Assembly: GCA_964634365.1 (NCBI GenBank)
Contig: CAZWJU010000002.1
Location: 103,150-167,149, forward strand
From: an uncultured Candidatus Saccharibacteria bacterium
GTDB lineage: Bacteria > Patescibacteriota > Minisyncoccia > Phycocordibacterales > UBA9973
Reading direction: 5' to 3'
Length of the DNA stretch: 64,000 nt
This document shows positions 40,558 through 51,273 of this stretch, piece by piece (within the stretch, counting starts at the first letter, position 1; each line of letters begins with the position of its first letter). The position numbers were made by a program, and so were the translations under genes. The notes under the pieces are model-generated. The model made no database searches, was not told where the DNA came from, and saw nothing but the letters and a program-made list of their open reading frames with translations.

Positions 40558-42036
40558 TTATTTCTGTTCTTCCCAAAAAACAGTGGAATATTTATCTGAA
40601 GTAAGCGGAAATGATGGTGGTGGTCCATAAAGTAAGTTCGCATCGTAATTTAAATAACGTAGATCGTATCCTGTTCCATCAGTGAAAGCAAAACCATAAC
40701 GAAGATTTGTTGCTATCATACCAAACAAGGTCAGTATGTCTCTTTGGGCTGTAGAACCACAGTTTCCTGCAGACCCTCCGTTTCCATAATAATATCTACC
40801 TGCACGTCCATTTTGCGCAACTAAGGCCGCATCTATACGCAAATCATCTTCAGAAATAAGTCCGACATTGATATTTTTCTGAGCTATAAGACCAATAACG
40901 TCTTGTCCATCATAATTTGTATAAATAAGATCGTTGTTTATAGTTATGCTTCTTCTACTTGCAATTATATCTGGAAAGTGACCAGCGGTAATGGTTAATC
41001 TAGCTGTGTTTATTTGACCATCAACCCAAACGTTATCGTCTAAAAATATAATCCCATTATTAGGAAAAGTATAATTTCCAAGCAATGTCTGCCCTCCAGA
41101 AGATTTTATACTCCAAGTACCCCATCCGTCTTCATTTAATTTATTCTTACATCCATTAGGAACAGCTGTAAGACTTGTAACTTTGTACAAATCATATGTA
41201 TCATTAGTTTTTAATACTATATGATATCCAAGTGAGCCTGAAGGATTGTAGTAATGCCCATCTGACTGAGCATCTGTTTTCATCTGCGATATATTCGCAG
41301 TGATACCAACGAAATCTGCAGTTGGGTATGGAAAAGACCTGCCTGCCATAAAAACATCAGATCTTTCATTTATGGTATTTGGTGGGGTTTCAGCAGAAAC
41401 ATAATTAGTATATGTACCAGAAGATGGAGGGGGTTTCACGTGAGTATGTACTCCAAATTCTAGCTTCTCTGAACCAGAATCTTCGTGATCCGGATCATCG
41501 TAAGAAGAAACAGCTGATGTTACTAAATTATGAGCAAGACCATCAAAACGAACACCTCCATTTGCGTGAATAGGGCCAAATGTTTCAGTTCCCTCACCAA
41601 AACGCATAACATCATTTGCCACAACGGCATATTTTGCCAAAGAAGGTATCGCTAAGTGAGTCATTATTGTACGATATACGCCTGGATTTGATACAACAGT
41701 ACCTGTGGATTTAATTTTTATTAGAGTAGAACCTGTAATAGGGGGGGTTATAGTTAGGCTGTATTGACCTATTATATTACCGTCTTTATCTTTAAAATCA
41801 TGTATATATGGACCTGGAGATCCTGTGCCGTCTTGATAATCTGTGGGGGAATGTGCCAAATGCCATCTATAGTAATCTATCCCCGCTTCTGCAATCTGAA
41901 AAGCCTGCTCTCTTGCAACAAGATGTCTAGTGGCCTTAAGACTTGTGTTAGCCCAACCAATAAATGCATACACAACAGTAATTGCAATTGATGAAAAAAT
42001 AATTGTATTTAAAAGTATAAAACCTCTTTTTTTCAT
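40558..42036 (-). CDS. PilX-like minor pilin with large C-terminal domain
   Basis: KKRG/FILL prepilin without E5; A.QIAEAGI. Confidence 0.8.
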   Translation of the reverse strand: MKKRGFILLNTIIFSSIAITVVYAFIGWANTSLKATRHLVAREQAFQIAEAGIDYYRWHLAHSPTDYQDGTGSPGPYIHDFKDKDGNIIGQYSLTITPPITGSTLIKIKSTGTVVSNPGVYRTIMTHLAIPSLAKYAVVANDVMRFGEGTETFGPIHANGGVRFDGLAHNLVTSAVSSYDDPDHEDSGSEKLEFGVHTHVKPPPSSGTYTNYVSAETPPNTINERSDVFMAGRSFPYPTADFVGITANISQMKTDAQSDGHYYNPSGSLGYHIVLKTNDTYDLYKVTSLTAVPNGCKNKLNEDGWGTWSIKSSGGQTLLGNYTFPNNGIIFLDDNVWVDGQINTARLTITAGHFPDIIASRRSITINNDLIYTNYDGQDVIGLIAQKNINVGLISEDDLRIDAALVAQNGRAGRYYYGNGGSAGNCGSTAQRDILTLFGMIATNLRYGFAFTDGTGYDLRYLNYDANLLYGPPPSFPLTSDKYSTVFWEEQK

Positions 42037-42038
42037 AT

Positions 42039-42641
42039 TTATAAGTTATCTTTTAAATTACGAAAAGATACTTGTGTACTAATTGTAGTTGCAGGTGGTA
42101 ATTTATTCAAATCAGAGTCAATTATAAAATTGATTCTGATTAATCTTATGGACGATATAGATACTGGCTCTGGTAATGGATCTGTAGATCCATCATAATA
42201 TGCGTCGTAATAAGAAAATATGGGCACGCCACCGTTTTGTATATTATGAACAATATTCGTATTAACCTCAGACGCAGTAGGATAAACAGCTGGATTACCT
42301 GATGGATTTATAACCCCCTTCTTTAATGTTGTGCCTGATAAATAGTACCTAACACGATCCTTATCTCCATCACTATCTATATCAGAGAAAAAAACAAAAG
42401 ATGTTGCCGTAGCACTTTCTATTGGATAGGCACCTGCAGAAGACGGGGAAGCTGAACGGATTTCATTTGCTATTGGTCTTAATATCTTTCTGGCCTCATC
42501 TGCTGTATTTAAACCGGATTGAAATATTCTACTAAATACAATTGTGTCTTTATCTACCGAACTTGATATAACAACAACCAAGCCTATAACGGCAACAGTC
42601 ACTAAAATTTCTGTAAAAGTAAAACCTTTTTGTTTATTCAT
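42039..42641 (-). CDS. Minor pilin (PilW/PulJ-like)
   Basis: KQKG/FTFTEILV prepilin motif. Confidence 0.85.
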   Translation of the reverse strand: MNKQKGFTFTEILVTVAVIGLVVVISSSVDKDTIVFSRIFQSGLNTADEARKILRPIANEIRSASPSSAGAYPIESATATSFVFFSDIDSDGDKDRVRYYLSGTTLKKGVINPSGNPAVYPTASEVNTNIVHNIQNGGVPIFSYYDAYYDGSTDPLPEPVSISSIRLIRINFIIDSDLNKLPPATTISTQVSFRNLKDNL

Positions 42642-42645
42642 GCAG

Positions 42646-44442
42646 TTATTGAGATATTGCTATCTCTTCTTTTTGCCAATCTTCTGATAAATTGATTGAT
42701 TGTATATAATCCTGATATCCGGACTTGGTTACCGTTATTGTATATTCACCATAAGTAAGACCAGAAAAAGAAACTTGCCCGGGTGGAGTGCATTCAGTTG
42801 TGAAAGTAAATGATATATCAGAAACATTTGGTGTATACAATGAATCTTCAGTATTTAAATATATTTTGTATCTAAAATACCTGTTACCACTTATAGAAGA
42901 ATTTATATTTGTATTTGATACAGTATAGTATGTCCCATCTGTGCCATCAGGTCCAGAAAAATTCCAAGTTATACCATCATTATTGGCGGCAACTTGTATT
43001 TTAACACTATCAACACCTGTCAATAAAGGCTGACTATTTGGACTCCATAATATCTGATGGAAGTTACTAATACTATTAGTATCAAAAGTAGAGGATTCTA
43101 GCCAACCTCCTTCTATATATGAACCAAATACATCTTCAATCTTTATAGATCCAGGAACAGAGTTTGTATCTATACGTCCACCAATATTCATATATTTAGA
43201 ATAAGAACCTACAAGTTCCTGACCAGCACCATCAGACCAATCTGTTTGTGTTAGAGATCCCCGGCCAGTAATTAAAGTGTTATCATAACCCGAAGGACCT
43301 TCTAGACGCACAGAGACATCAGTTAGAGGTAAGCCCGTAGATTGATCTCTAATTACAACAAGTATTCTTGCTGGATCTTTGGGAGCAACTATTAAATCTA
43401 AATCTTGAGAAGAATCAGGGACTAGACCTAAAGTTAAAAGTGGGTTTGTCCCTATTAAATCATATGAGCTATCAGTTAAATTTATATTATAAGTGTCCCA
43501 TTCAAGATTTGATATATTTTTATCTCCAAAAGAATCCGTTGTAAAATATGAATCGTATTTGAGAACATCTGGTAATGTACCTATTATTTTTGACCCATTT
43601 ATTTGAAAATCAATATTTTGTGCAGTTGTACAATCTTCAAAAATTGTATTGGCTTTTATTGTACTTACCTTATCTATAAAAAAGCTTACTTGGGTTATTT
43701 GCTGTACTATAACAGTTTGGTTGGGTTTAGTTGGGTTAGGATTTTGAAGATCACCAATAGGATAAGTCTCTTCACTTGAGTATCCATCCTTAGAAACTTT
43801 TATTTTATAAGAATCTATAGAAGGCGGTGCATCTACTATATTTAAAGTACCGTCTACGCCAGAAAAATCATCTATATGAATCTCTGGTGATAGTTCAGTA
43901 TTGTCAATCTCAATTAAGGCATCTGGGACAGGTAATCCGTTTGCATCGTACACTCTTATTACAAGAACACCGTTAGTAGAAGCTGTCTCTAGGTTTTTAG
44001 GTGCTATGTGTGTTGTATATTCGACAGGTATAAAGTTTTTACAAGTAGAACAATTAATTTCAATTGCTACTAATTTATTATCCGCTGGAGATAAATCATT
44101 CGGCATTCCTCCTAGTGTACCGTCAAAAGGATCATCTATGTTTCTTATTGTAATAAATACATCAAAATTTATATTATCCCTTGTTAATGTTTGTGATTGG
44201 AGAAGTGTACCGGAGGGAATACCTCCGACTGTGCCTATATTCTCGTAGGGCATATTGCGTATTATTTCAAATTGTTCGTTTGCTAATGCTGCTGCTATTT
44301 GTCTTTTAGATAAAACAGATGTGGTTTCAAGTATTTTTGAATACACATTAAATATAGCGATAGAAAAAGCCACTATAAAAGCTACAGCCACCAAAGTTTC
44401 AATTAATGTAACCCCATTATTATTTTTTTTAATTGAAATCAT
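42646..44442 (-). CDS. Large minor pilin (PilV-like) with carboxypeptidase-regulatory-like domains
   Basis: NNG/VTLIETLV; AAALANEQFEIIRN. Confidence 0.85.
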   Translation of the reverse strand: MISIKKNNNGVTLIETLVAVAFIVAFSIAIFNVYSKILETTSVLSKRQIAAALANEQFEIIRNMPYENIGTVGGIPSGTLLQSQTLTRDNINFDVFITIRNIDDPFDGTLGGMPNDLSPADNKLVAIEINCSTCKNFIPVEYTTHIAPKNLETASTNGVLVIRVYDANGLPVPDALIEIDNTELSPEIHIDDFSGVDGTLNIVDAPPSIDSYKIKVSKDGYSSEETYPIGDLQNPNPTKPNQTVIVQQITQVSFFIDKVSTIKANTIFEDCTTAQNIDFQINGSKIIGTLPDVLKYDSYFTTDSFGDKNISNLEWDTYNINLTDSSYDLIGTNPLLTLGLVPDSSQDLDLIVAPKDPARILVVIRDQSTGLPLTDVSVRLEGPSGYDNTLITGRGSLTQTDWSDGAGQELVGSYSKYMNIGGRIDTNSVPGSIKIEDVFGSYIEGGWLESSTFDTNSISNFHQILWSPNSQPLLTGVDSVKIQVAANNDGITWNFSGPDGTDGTYYTVSNTNINSSISGNRYFRYKIYLNTEDSLYTPNVSDISFTFTTECTPPGQVSFSGLTYGEYTITVTKSGYQDYIQSINLSEDWQKEEIAISQ

Positions 44443-44444
44443 TT

Positions 44445-45662
44445 TTATATAGAATCCATCAATGAATACATAGGAGATATCATCGATATGGCAAAAAAAC
44501 CTACAGCTGCTCCTATAAGAATCATAAGTACAGGCTCAATTATTGTAGATAGATCTTTTGTTTTACTATCGACCTCAGCTTCATAAAAAACTGCTACATC
44601 TACCAGCATACTAGATAGCTTACCTGTCTCTTCTCCAACCTCTATCATTTCCCCTACCATTATTGGATATAAATCTACTCTCTCTTTAAAAACTGATGAT
44701 AGTGCGACACCTTTTTGAATATCGACAACAGCTTTTTGTATTATATCTTTATAAAATTTATTTTGTAAAACTTCTCCTGTAATAGTAAGGGCTTTTGTCA
44801 TGTCGACACCGGAAATCAGTAGAGATGAGAGGGTTCTTGTTGTGCGAGCAGAATTAACTTCTTTAACTATTTGACCAACAACTGGAATACGAAAAACTAA
44901 AAAATCAAAATATTTCTTCAAAAATTTGGCTCTGAATAGAAAAAATAAACCTATAAAAAATATAAATATAAACAGTAAAGACAACAAGGGATTTTTTGAT
45001 AATGAATCACTAATAAAAATAATAAATTTTGTACTAGCTGGTAAATCTATGTTCAATTCCTTAAAAGTAGACGTTAGTACAGGAACAACAAAAATCATCA
45101 TAAAAATACCTATTAGAAATATAGCCCCTACTATTATAGAAGGGTACATAATTGCACCTTTAATTTTCTTATTTAGATCATAAGTTTTTTGAAGATTTTG
45201 GCCAATCTCTTTAAGAGAATCCGACATGTTTCCAGACTCTTCTCCAGCTCTAACCATCGATACAAAAAGAGTTGAGAATACTTTTGGATATTTTGACATA
45301 CCATCAGACAATGTTCCGCCCTGATCTATCTCTTTTAGTAAAGAATTTAAAATATTTCTAAATTTTTCATTTTTTGTTTGTTTTTCTAAAACTGTGAGTG
45401 CTCTGTAGAGTGAGAGCCCAGCATTCAACATACCACTCAAGTTTTTTGTAAAAATTATTTTTTCGTGAAGTTTTATTTTTCCAAAAATAGAATCTAGATA
45501 TGGTATGGTCAATCCAGATTTTTTGTTTTTTACTTCAGATATAGATACTGGCACTCCGCCATCAGCACGCAAAGACTTTGCTGCAGCAAATTTATCTGGG
45601 GACTCTATTTCTCCAGTTTTTTCCAATCCATCTTTTGTTTTTATTTTATATGCATATTTCAT
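44445..45662 (-). CDS. pilC: Type IV pilus platform protein (PilC/GspF family)
   Basis: SMVRAGEESG, YP.IIV, VGEETGKL, IEP.L. Confidence 0.93.
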   Translation of the reverse strand: MKYAYKIKTKDGLEKTGEIESPDKFAAAKSLRADGGVPVSISEVKNKKSGLTIPYLDSIFGKIKLHEKIIFTKNLSGMLNAGLSLYRALTVLEKQTKNEKFRNILNSLLKEIDQGGTLSDGMSKYPKVFSTLFVSMVRAGEESGNMSDSLKEIGQNLQKTYDLNKKIKGAIMYPSIIVGAIFLIGIFMMIFVVPVLTSTFKELNIDLPASTKFIIFISDSLSKNPLLSLLFIFIFFIGLFFLFRAKFLKKYFDFLVFRIPVVGQIVKEVNSARTTRTLSSLLISGVDMTKALTITGEVLQNKFYKDIIQKAVVDIQKGVALSSVFKERVDLYPIMVGEMIEVGEETGKLSSMLVDVAVFYEAEVDSKTKDLSTIIEPVLMILIGAAVGFFAISMISPMYSLMDSI

Positions 45663-45674
45663 TGTGAAATATTT

Positions 45675-47432
45675 TTATTCTGAAACCACACGCAAAACCT
45701 CTTCGGTTGTAGTTAAACCCTGAACCGCCATATAAAGACCATCTTCAATCATAGTCATCATACCTTCCTTTTTTGCCTGAGCTTCTATTACATCCTCTGA
45801 TGCACCTTTTAAAATAAGCTCTTTGATCGTCGGTGTAACTGTCATAACTTCATGTATTCCAAGTCTTCCACTGTAGCCACTCTCAGACTCTTCTGAAGCT
45901 TTTGTTTTATAAAAAGGTATTGTCTCCCAAGTTGCATCTTTTGGTACAACCCCCTCGCCCTTCAATAGATCGAGCATCCTATCTAGATCAACTATTTTTG
46001 AAAGTGCAGATATCTCTTCTTCTTCTAAAAAATATTTTTCTTTTGTATTTGTAAGTCTACGCACAAGTCGCTGGGCTATTATAGTTTTGACTGTAGACAC
46101 AATCAGAAAAGGCTCAGCTCCCATATCTATCATACGAGGTATCGCTCCTGCAGAAGAGTTGGTATGGATTGTAGACAATACCAGATGTCCAGTTAGGGCT
46201 GCGTTTATAGCAAGAGAAACTGTTTCCGTATCTCGAATCTCCCCAACCATTATTATATCTGGGTCTTGGCGAAGCAGTGTTCTTAGTCCATTTGCAAAAG
46301 TTAGACCTATTTCAGATTTTACTTGAGTCTGATTTATTCTCTGCATTTGATATTCAATAGGATCTTCTACTGTAGAAATATTTACATCTGGTGTGTTTAA
46401 GATATCGAGCATTGTATAGAGAGTTGTTGTCTTACCGGATCCAGTTGGTCCTGTTGCTAGCATCATTCCTGTTTTCTGTTTCATTCCATTGTGTATTCTC
46501 TCCAGAGCTTCTCCGTGAAAACCTAATCCTTCGAGTGTATAACCTTTGGAATTTTCTTTCAAAATACGGATAACTGTTTTTTCTCCATAATAAGTCGGTA
46601 ATGTAGACACACGAAAAGATACTCTGTCCCCAGATTCTGTTGTGATTTTAAATCTACCGTCCTGAGGAAGTCTTTTCTCGTCCAGCTTTAGATTAGACAA
46701 AACTTTTATACGCGCAGTTATACCTGCTGCTGCATCACGCGGCAAAACCATCGCATCACGGAGTATTCCGTCTATTCTATAACGAACTAGGAGCTGTTCT
46801 TCTTCTGGCTCAATGTGAATATCAGAAGTATTTTGCAAAATAGCGTGAGATATCAGCGTGTCTACGATTTTTACTACAGGCAGATCCTCGGCCATTTCTT
46901 TTAGTTCTTTTTCAGACAAAGCTCCTTCTCCACTATCCTCTGAAACTGCTTTCAAAGACGCAGATTCTTTTTTTATAATATCGTCAAAATCTGCTTTCAA
47001 ACTTTTTTTGTATTGAGATAGTGCGTGCTTTATTGAATCAGAATCAGTAAGTCTAGGAGATATTTTAAGCTCAACTTTTTTCTTTATAAAATCTATAACT
47101 GAGAGATCGTCTATATCGAGCATTGCTACCTCTAGTTCATGAGGTCTTTTCTTGTATGCGATTATATTATGTTTACGAGCAATGGTCTCAGGAATCATTG
47201 ATAGAGTTTCAAAATCAATTTTTTCTGTTGCAAGAGATATAAACGGTATACCAAGTACATACGCTTGCATACGCTTGAGATCAATATCAGTAATTTTCCC
47301 AAAAGAAACTAGCACATCACCAATTGACTGATCACTTTCCTTTGCTGTTTTTTCAGCAAGTGCAATATCTGCTTTGGCTACAAGCCCAGATTCAATAATA
47401 AACTTTTTTAATTGATCTTCTTTGATCTGCAT
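45675..47432 (-). CDS. pilB: Type IV pilus assembly ATPase (PilB/GspE family)
   Basis: SDIHIEP, RLPQDGR, GPTGSGKTT, EDPIEY, LRQDPD, GHLVLSTIHTN. Confidence 0.95.
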   Translation of the reverse strand: MQIKEDQLKKFIIESGLVAKADIALAEKTAKESDQSIGDVLVSFGKITDIDLKRMQAYVLGIPFISLATEKIDFETLSMIPETIARKHNIIAYKKRPHELEVAMLDIDDLSVIDFIKKKVELKISPRLTDSDSIKHALSQYKKSLKADFDDIIKKESASLKAVSEDSGEGALSEKELKEMAEDLPVVKIVDTLISHAILQNTSDIHIEPEEEQLLVRYRIDGILRDAMVLPRDAAAGITARIKVLSNLKLDEKRLPQDGRFKITTESGDRVSFRVSTLPTYYGEKTVIRILKENSKGYTLEGLGFHGEALERIHNGMKQKTGMMLATGPTGSGKTTTLYTMLDILNTPDVNISTVEDPIEYQMQRINQTQVKSEIGLTFANGLRTLLRQDPDIIMVGEIRDTETVSLAINAALTGHLVLSTIHTNSSAGAIPRMIDMGAEPFLIVSTVKTIIAQRLVRRLTNTKEKYFLEEEEISALSKIVDLDRMLDLLKGEGVVPKDATWETIPFYKTKASEESESGYSGRLGIHEVMTVTPTIKELILKGASEDVIEAQAKKEGMMTMIEDGLYMAVQGLTTTEEVLRVVSE

Positions 47433-47475
47433 GTTGATTTTATTATAGCAAATTAAATAAAATTACTTTGTGCAA

Positions 47476-47506
47476 AACAAAAAACCGCTCGCGCGGTTTT
47501 TTGTTT
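47476..47506 (-). terminator. Intrinsic terminator
   Basis: AAAAAACCGC/GCGGTTTTTT. Confidence 0.7.
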
Positions 47507-47515
47507 TTTAAATTT

Positions 47516-48919
47516 TTACCAAGTTACAACAACCATTCCTTTTGCTCCATCTGCACCCGCAGAAGTAGATCCCCCTCCATCACAATCCGGGCTTCGGTCA
47601 TATGTACCTCCACCTCCGCCTCCGCCAGGAATATTACCAACCTTAGCAGTTGCACCTAATATTTGTGGCAAACCTCCAGCGCCACCACTTGGCGCATCAC
47701 CACCTTTACCACCGAAACCTTGTTTTTCATAATTTCCTCCTCCGCTTTTATTTAAACATGCATATGCTTCAGATTGTTCGGACTGACCACCTATTATTGA
47801 ATATCCTGTAACTGTTTTACCATTTATAGTACCAGATACTGCATTCACTCCTCTTGATGCATTTGTTAGATATGCACTACTATGTAAGCCATTTTCTGCT
47901 CCATATCCTCCCGCAGCTTTAATAGTAACCCCTCCACCAATCACACTACTCTGTTCTCCCGGGGCACCATCATAAGTTGTTATACCCCCCACTGTCTTAC
48001 CACCAAGACCACCTGTTCCTACTACTACAGTGTACTCATTTGCAGTATTATTCTCTGGTAATATCGCAACAGTGTAACTTCCAGCTGCTCCTCCGCCTCC
48101 GCCAGCGCCAGCGCCAGAATCTGTAAAGGCTCCACCTCCACCTCCACCCCAAACTTCTATCATTACAGGCACTCCATAAGGAATATCGTTACCGTAGAGA
48201 GTTCCATCAGAAGTGAAAACTTTCATACCATGCTCATCTGCAGGACCAGAAACAGTTATACCGACACTTCTAGTAACACCTCCACACTCTAAGTTTAATA
48301 ACTTATAACCATTTGTCGCAAAGTTAATTATTTCAACACCTGAACCTGCTTTTGTACCTGACCATAAAATCGGCAAACCACTTGCAGTACAAGAAGCACT
48401 ATCTGAAGACCATGTTACCGTAACACCAGTAACTCCGGGATATAGATCATTTGGATAATATGTATTTGTTGCTCCGTCAGCTAAAAATACAAAATCGTCT
48501 CCGGCGCCATCACAAATTATTAAATTACCATCTGTGCCTGTACAAATTGGCGCAGGATAGGACACGTTTGTTAAGTTATCTTCAAACAACTGGCGAAAAG
48601 CATCCAATCCAACATCTCCATATACAAACAAATTCTTTGGTCCAACAAGACCAAATCCAGAAGGAGTTCCAACTTCTAAATTTCCCCAAAATGAACTAGT
48701 TGATCCGTCTCCTCCACCCAAAAATGCATTTACTGACAATCCTCCGTCTTTTACTTGATCATACGCACCAATATTTACCGGTGCTGCAACGTTACTACCA
48801 GGAGCAGGTGCTGTTGGCCCAACGAAAGCCATAGCATAGTTCATACCCATTGCAACAAACAAACCGAGTACGATTATCTTTGCGGTGCTTATTATTTTTT
48901 TTATAGAATTCTCTTTCAT
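47516..48919 (-). CDS. Secreted glycine-rich surface protein
   Basis: Signal peptide; GPTAPAPGSNVAAPVN..Q.K.GGL head; C-terminal domain EVWGGGGGG...GA.GMVVVTW. Confidence 0.75.
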   Translation of the reverse strand: MKENSIKKIISTAKIIVLGLFVAMGMNYAMAFVGPTAPAPGSNVAAPVNIGAYDQVKDGGLSVNAFLGGGDGSTSSFWGNLEVGTPSGFGLVGPKNLFVYGDVGLDAFRQLFEDNLTNVSYPAPICTGTDGNLIICDGAGDDFVFLADGATNTYYPNDLYPGVTGVTVTWSSDSASCTASGLPILWSGTKAGSGVEIINFATNGYKLLNLECGGVTRSVGITVSGPADEHGMKVFTSDGTLYGNDIPYGVPVMIEVWGGGGGGAFTDSGAGAGGGGGAAGSYTVAILPENNTANEYTVVVGTGGLGGKTVGGITTYDGAPGEQSSVIGGGVTIKAAGGYGAENGLHSSAYLTNASRGVNAVSGTINGKTVTGYSIIGGQSEQSEAYACLNKSGGGNYEKQGFGGKGGDAPSGGAGGLPQILGATAKVGNIPGGGGGGGTYDRSPDCDGGGSTSAGADGAKGMVVVTW

Positions 48920-48982
48920 AATTTATTTAAATCTACTAATAATAAAAGTTTTTATATATCTAATATCATATCACAATATATT

Positions 48983-50818
48983 TTATGGATTGATATCTTC
49001 CTGTCTTTGCTCATTAAATATTGGTCTTACTCCACCTGAAGCTGTACACCAAGGATCTACTGCCGGATCACAAGGAGTACAGGTAGGATCAAGGTCTGGA
49101 TCACATCCTGTAGGTGTGCAAGTTTCTCCAATTGGCAAATACCAAACACTTGCAACCTCTGTATCAGAACCGGTATCGTTTTCACACTCTATCTCATATT
49201 CATATGGAGATGTTGATGGGCTGAGTGTTGCCACAGAATCATATCCAGATGCATCACCTCCTGTATCAAAGTTTGCTCCAGATAGAGACTCACAAGATAC
49301 TGCATCACTTGAACTCCAGCTTACATATGGATCAAGACCTGTGACTGATTCAGTACAGCTTCCTGTAAATGTTACTGATGGCTCACCTACTTCTGTTTTG
49401 TTTATGATTACAAGATTAGAACTTACCAATGTTCCGTTTGTAGCAGTACAAGTTATTTTAAAATATGTAGGATCGTTTGGAACATTCATGCCGTATTCAG
49501 TATAGTAAGTTCCCGCAACTGTAGGTACTGCTTCTGCGTCTGCGTCCCATCCTGCAATCACAACTCCAGTTTCATCTGTCTGTGATCCAGTACAAGATAT
49601 AGCTGGATTAAAGTTTGGACTATCTGATTTCCAAGATAGATCTATTTCATAAGGACTAAATACGGACCCTATAGTGTTTGTGGTTCCAGCTATGTATAGA
49701 TCAAGTGGAGGTAACATATTTTCATCAACATTTACAATTGCAGTTGAACTTACAGGAGCGCCTCCATCAGCTGGAAAACATTGTATTGTAAACATATTTA
49801 CACCTGTTCCTGTAACTAAAGGTATACTTTCTTTGTATTCAAACGCTGGAGCCATAGGTGGAAGATTTGATGCTGTGGCATTTATGATCGTACTATTCCA
49901 TGTAGGATTTACCGGAGAAGATGTGGGTATACAATTGTTATATACAGTTCCATCTGGAGAGTTCCAGTTTAGTACCACAGGTCCACTAGGAACTGTAATC
50001 GTATTTGGTAATCCTGTTATAGAAGTAGGCACTGTTGTAGTTGGTACAAACTTGAGACTACCAGTATCGGCGATTGCATTTACATGTACATCTGTAAATT
50101 GAATCCATCCTGTTGCAACAGATCCCCAAGCATAACCACTCAAGACACCTGTTCCTGGGGTATAAGAAACTCCGTAAGCAAAAGGTGATGTGTTTATGCC
50201 TGTAGCAATAAAGTTATGATCATTTGAATCATTCAAACTTATCCATCCATCAAATCCATCAGTAGCGATATCATCTCCAGATAAAACTTTTGCAAAACCT
50301 GCAAGTTCATTTGTCACCAAATCTAATTTAGCGCTACATTGACCTGTTGTACCCGCTGGACATCCAGCGTCAAATTTTACCCAACCATAGTTTTCACTCC
50401 ATGCATTACCAGTCATTAAACCAGTTGCCATGTCTATATTTACACCATAGTCTACAGCGCAACCATAAGGAGCAGTGCTACAGTTAAAAGACAACCATCC
50501 CATACCCCCAGCTTTATCATCTCCGTCTTCTGCTCCTGGAACATCGTCATAAAAAGCTAAGACTTGTTTAGCTAAAATATCTGTAATATTTTTTAAATAA
50601 AAATTATCTATTAGACCTATTTCATCTCCAACCCCACCATCATCTGGATCTCCTGCGTATATTGACCAATCTATATAAGCCTCTCCCCATGCCCAACCAG
50701 AAACATTTTGTCCGGCAGAAGCTGTAACCTGATCTGGCTTGCTTAATCCACCAATACATAGAGCAATCAGCACTAGGCTAAAAATTAGAACGATTTGTTT
50801 TTTAAGTTTATTAAACAT
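48983..50818 (-). CDS. Secreted surface protein with GxAW..GW repeats and Ig-like units
   Basis: SGWAW, GNAWSENYGWVKF, SGYAWGSVATGWIQF; W.S....C repeats; same repeat family as 1902..3791. Confidence 0.75.
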   Translation of the reverse strand: MFNKLKKQIVLIFSLVLIALCIGGLSKPDQVTASAGQNVSGWAWGEAYIDWSIYAGDPDDGGVGDEIGLIDNFYLKNITDILAKQVLAFYDDVPGAEDGDDKAGGMGWLSFNCSTAPYGCAVDYGVNIDMATGLMTGNAWSENYGWVKFDAGCPAGTTGQCSAKLDLVTNELAGFAKVLSGDDIATDGFDGWISLNDSNDHNFIATGINTSPFAYGVSYTPGTGVLSGYAWGSVATGWIQFTDVHVNAIADTGSLKFVPTTTVPTSITGLPNTITVPSGPVVLNWNSPDGTVYNNCIPTSSPVNPTWNSTIINATASNLPPMAPAFEYKESIPLVTGTGVNMFTIQCFPADGGAPVSSTAIVNVDENMLPPLDLYIAGTTNTIGSVFSPYEIDLSWKSDSPNFNPAISCTGSQTDETGVVIAGWDADAEAVPTVAGTYYTEYGMNVPNDPTYFKITCTATNGTLVSSNLVIINKTEVGEPSVTFTGSCTESVTGLDPYVSWSSSDAVSCESLSGANFDTGGDASGYDSVATLSPSTSPYEYEIECENDTGSDTEVASVWYLPIGETCTPTGCDPDLDPTCTPCDPAVDPWCTASGGVRPIFNEQRQEDINP

Positions 50819-50821
50819 ATT

Positions 50822-51130
50822 TTATTTTTGATTCAAAGCTTCCATAGCTTTTAACTTTTCAAATGTAGAGATTTGAACTGTGCCACTGCCTTCTGCGTTT
50901 GATATTGCATTGTATCTGTCTTCAACTGTTGAAGCTGGTTCACCAGTATTACTAAGTCGCAATAACTCTGCATATCTTGCATCTATAGAATAGGGTTCGA
51001 TTCTGTCTTTTCTGATCAATACTATGTAAACAATAGACAAAAACACAATTACGGAAAGTAGTATATATAGTATGTGTTTATTTCTGTTATGGCTTAAACC
51101 AGGGTAGTTTATTGTAGATTCAATATCCAT
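50822..51130 (-). CDS. Small single-TM hypothetical protein
   Basis: One TM; probable start ATG 51130. Confidence 0.6.
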   Translation of the reverse strand: MDIESTINYPGLSHNRNKHILYILLSVIVFLSIVYIVLIRKDRIEPYSIDARYAELLRLSNTGEPASTVEDRYNAISNAEGSGTVQISTFEKLKAMEALNQK

Positions 51131-51273
51131 ATTATGTAAATAATAATACCACAACCTAGTTTTTGAGCTTATTTTAAATAGATTTATGGTGTGGATAACT
51201 AGCTAGACATTTGACATAATCTCTGCTCTAATGTGTTATATAGTGTTTTTTTGAAAAACGAAAATCGTTAAAT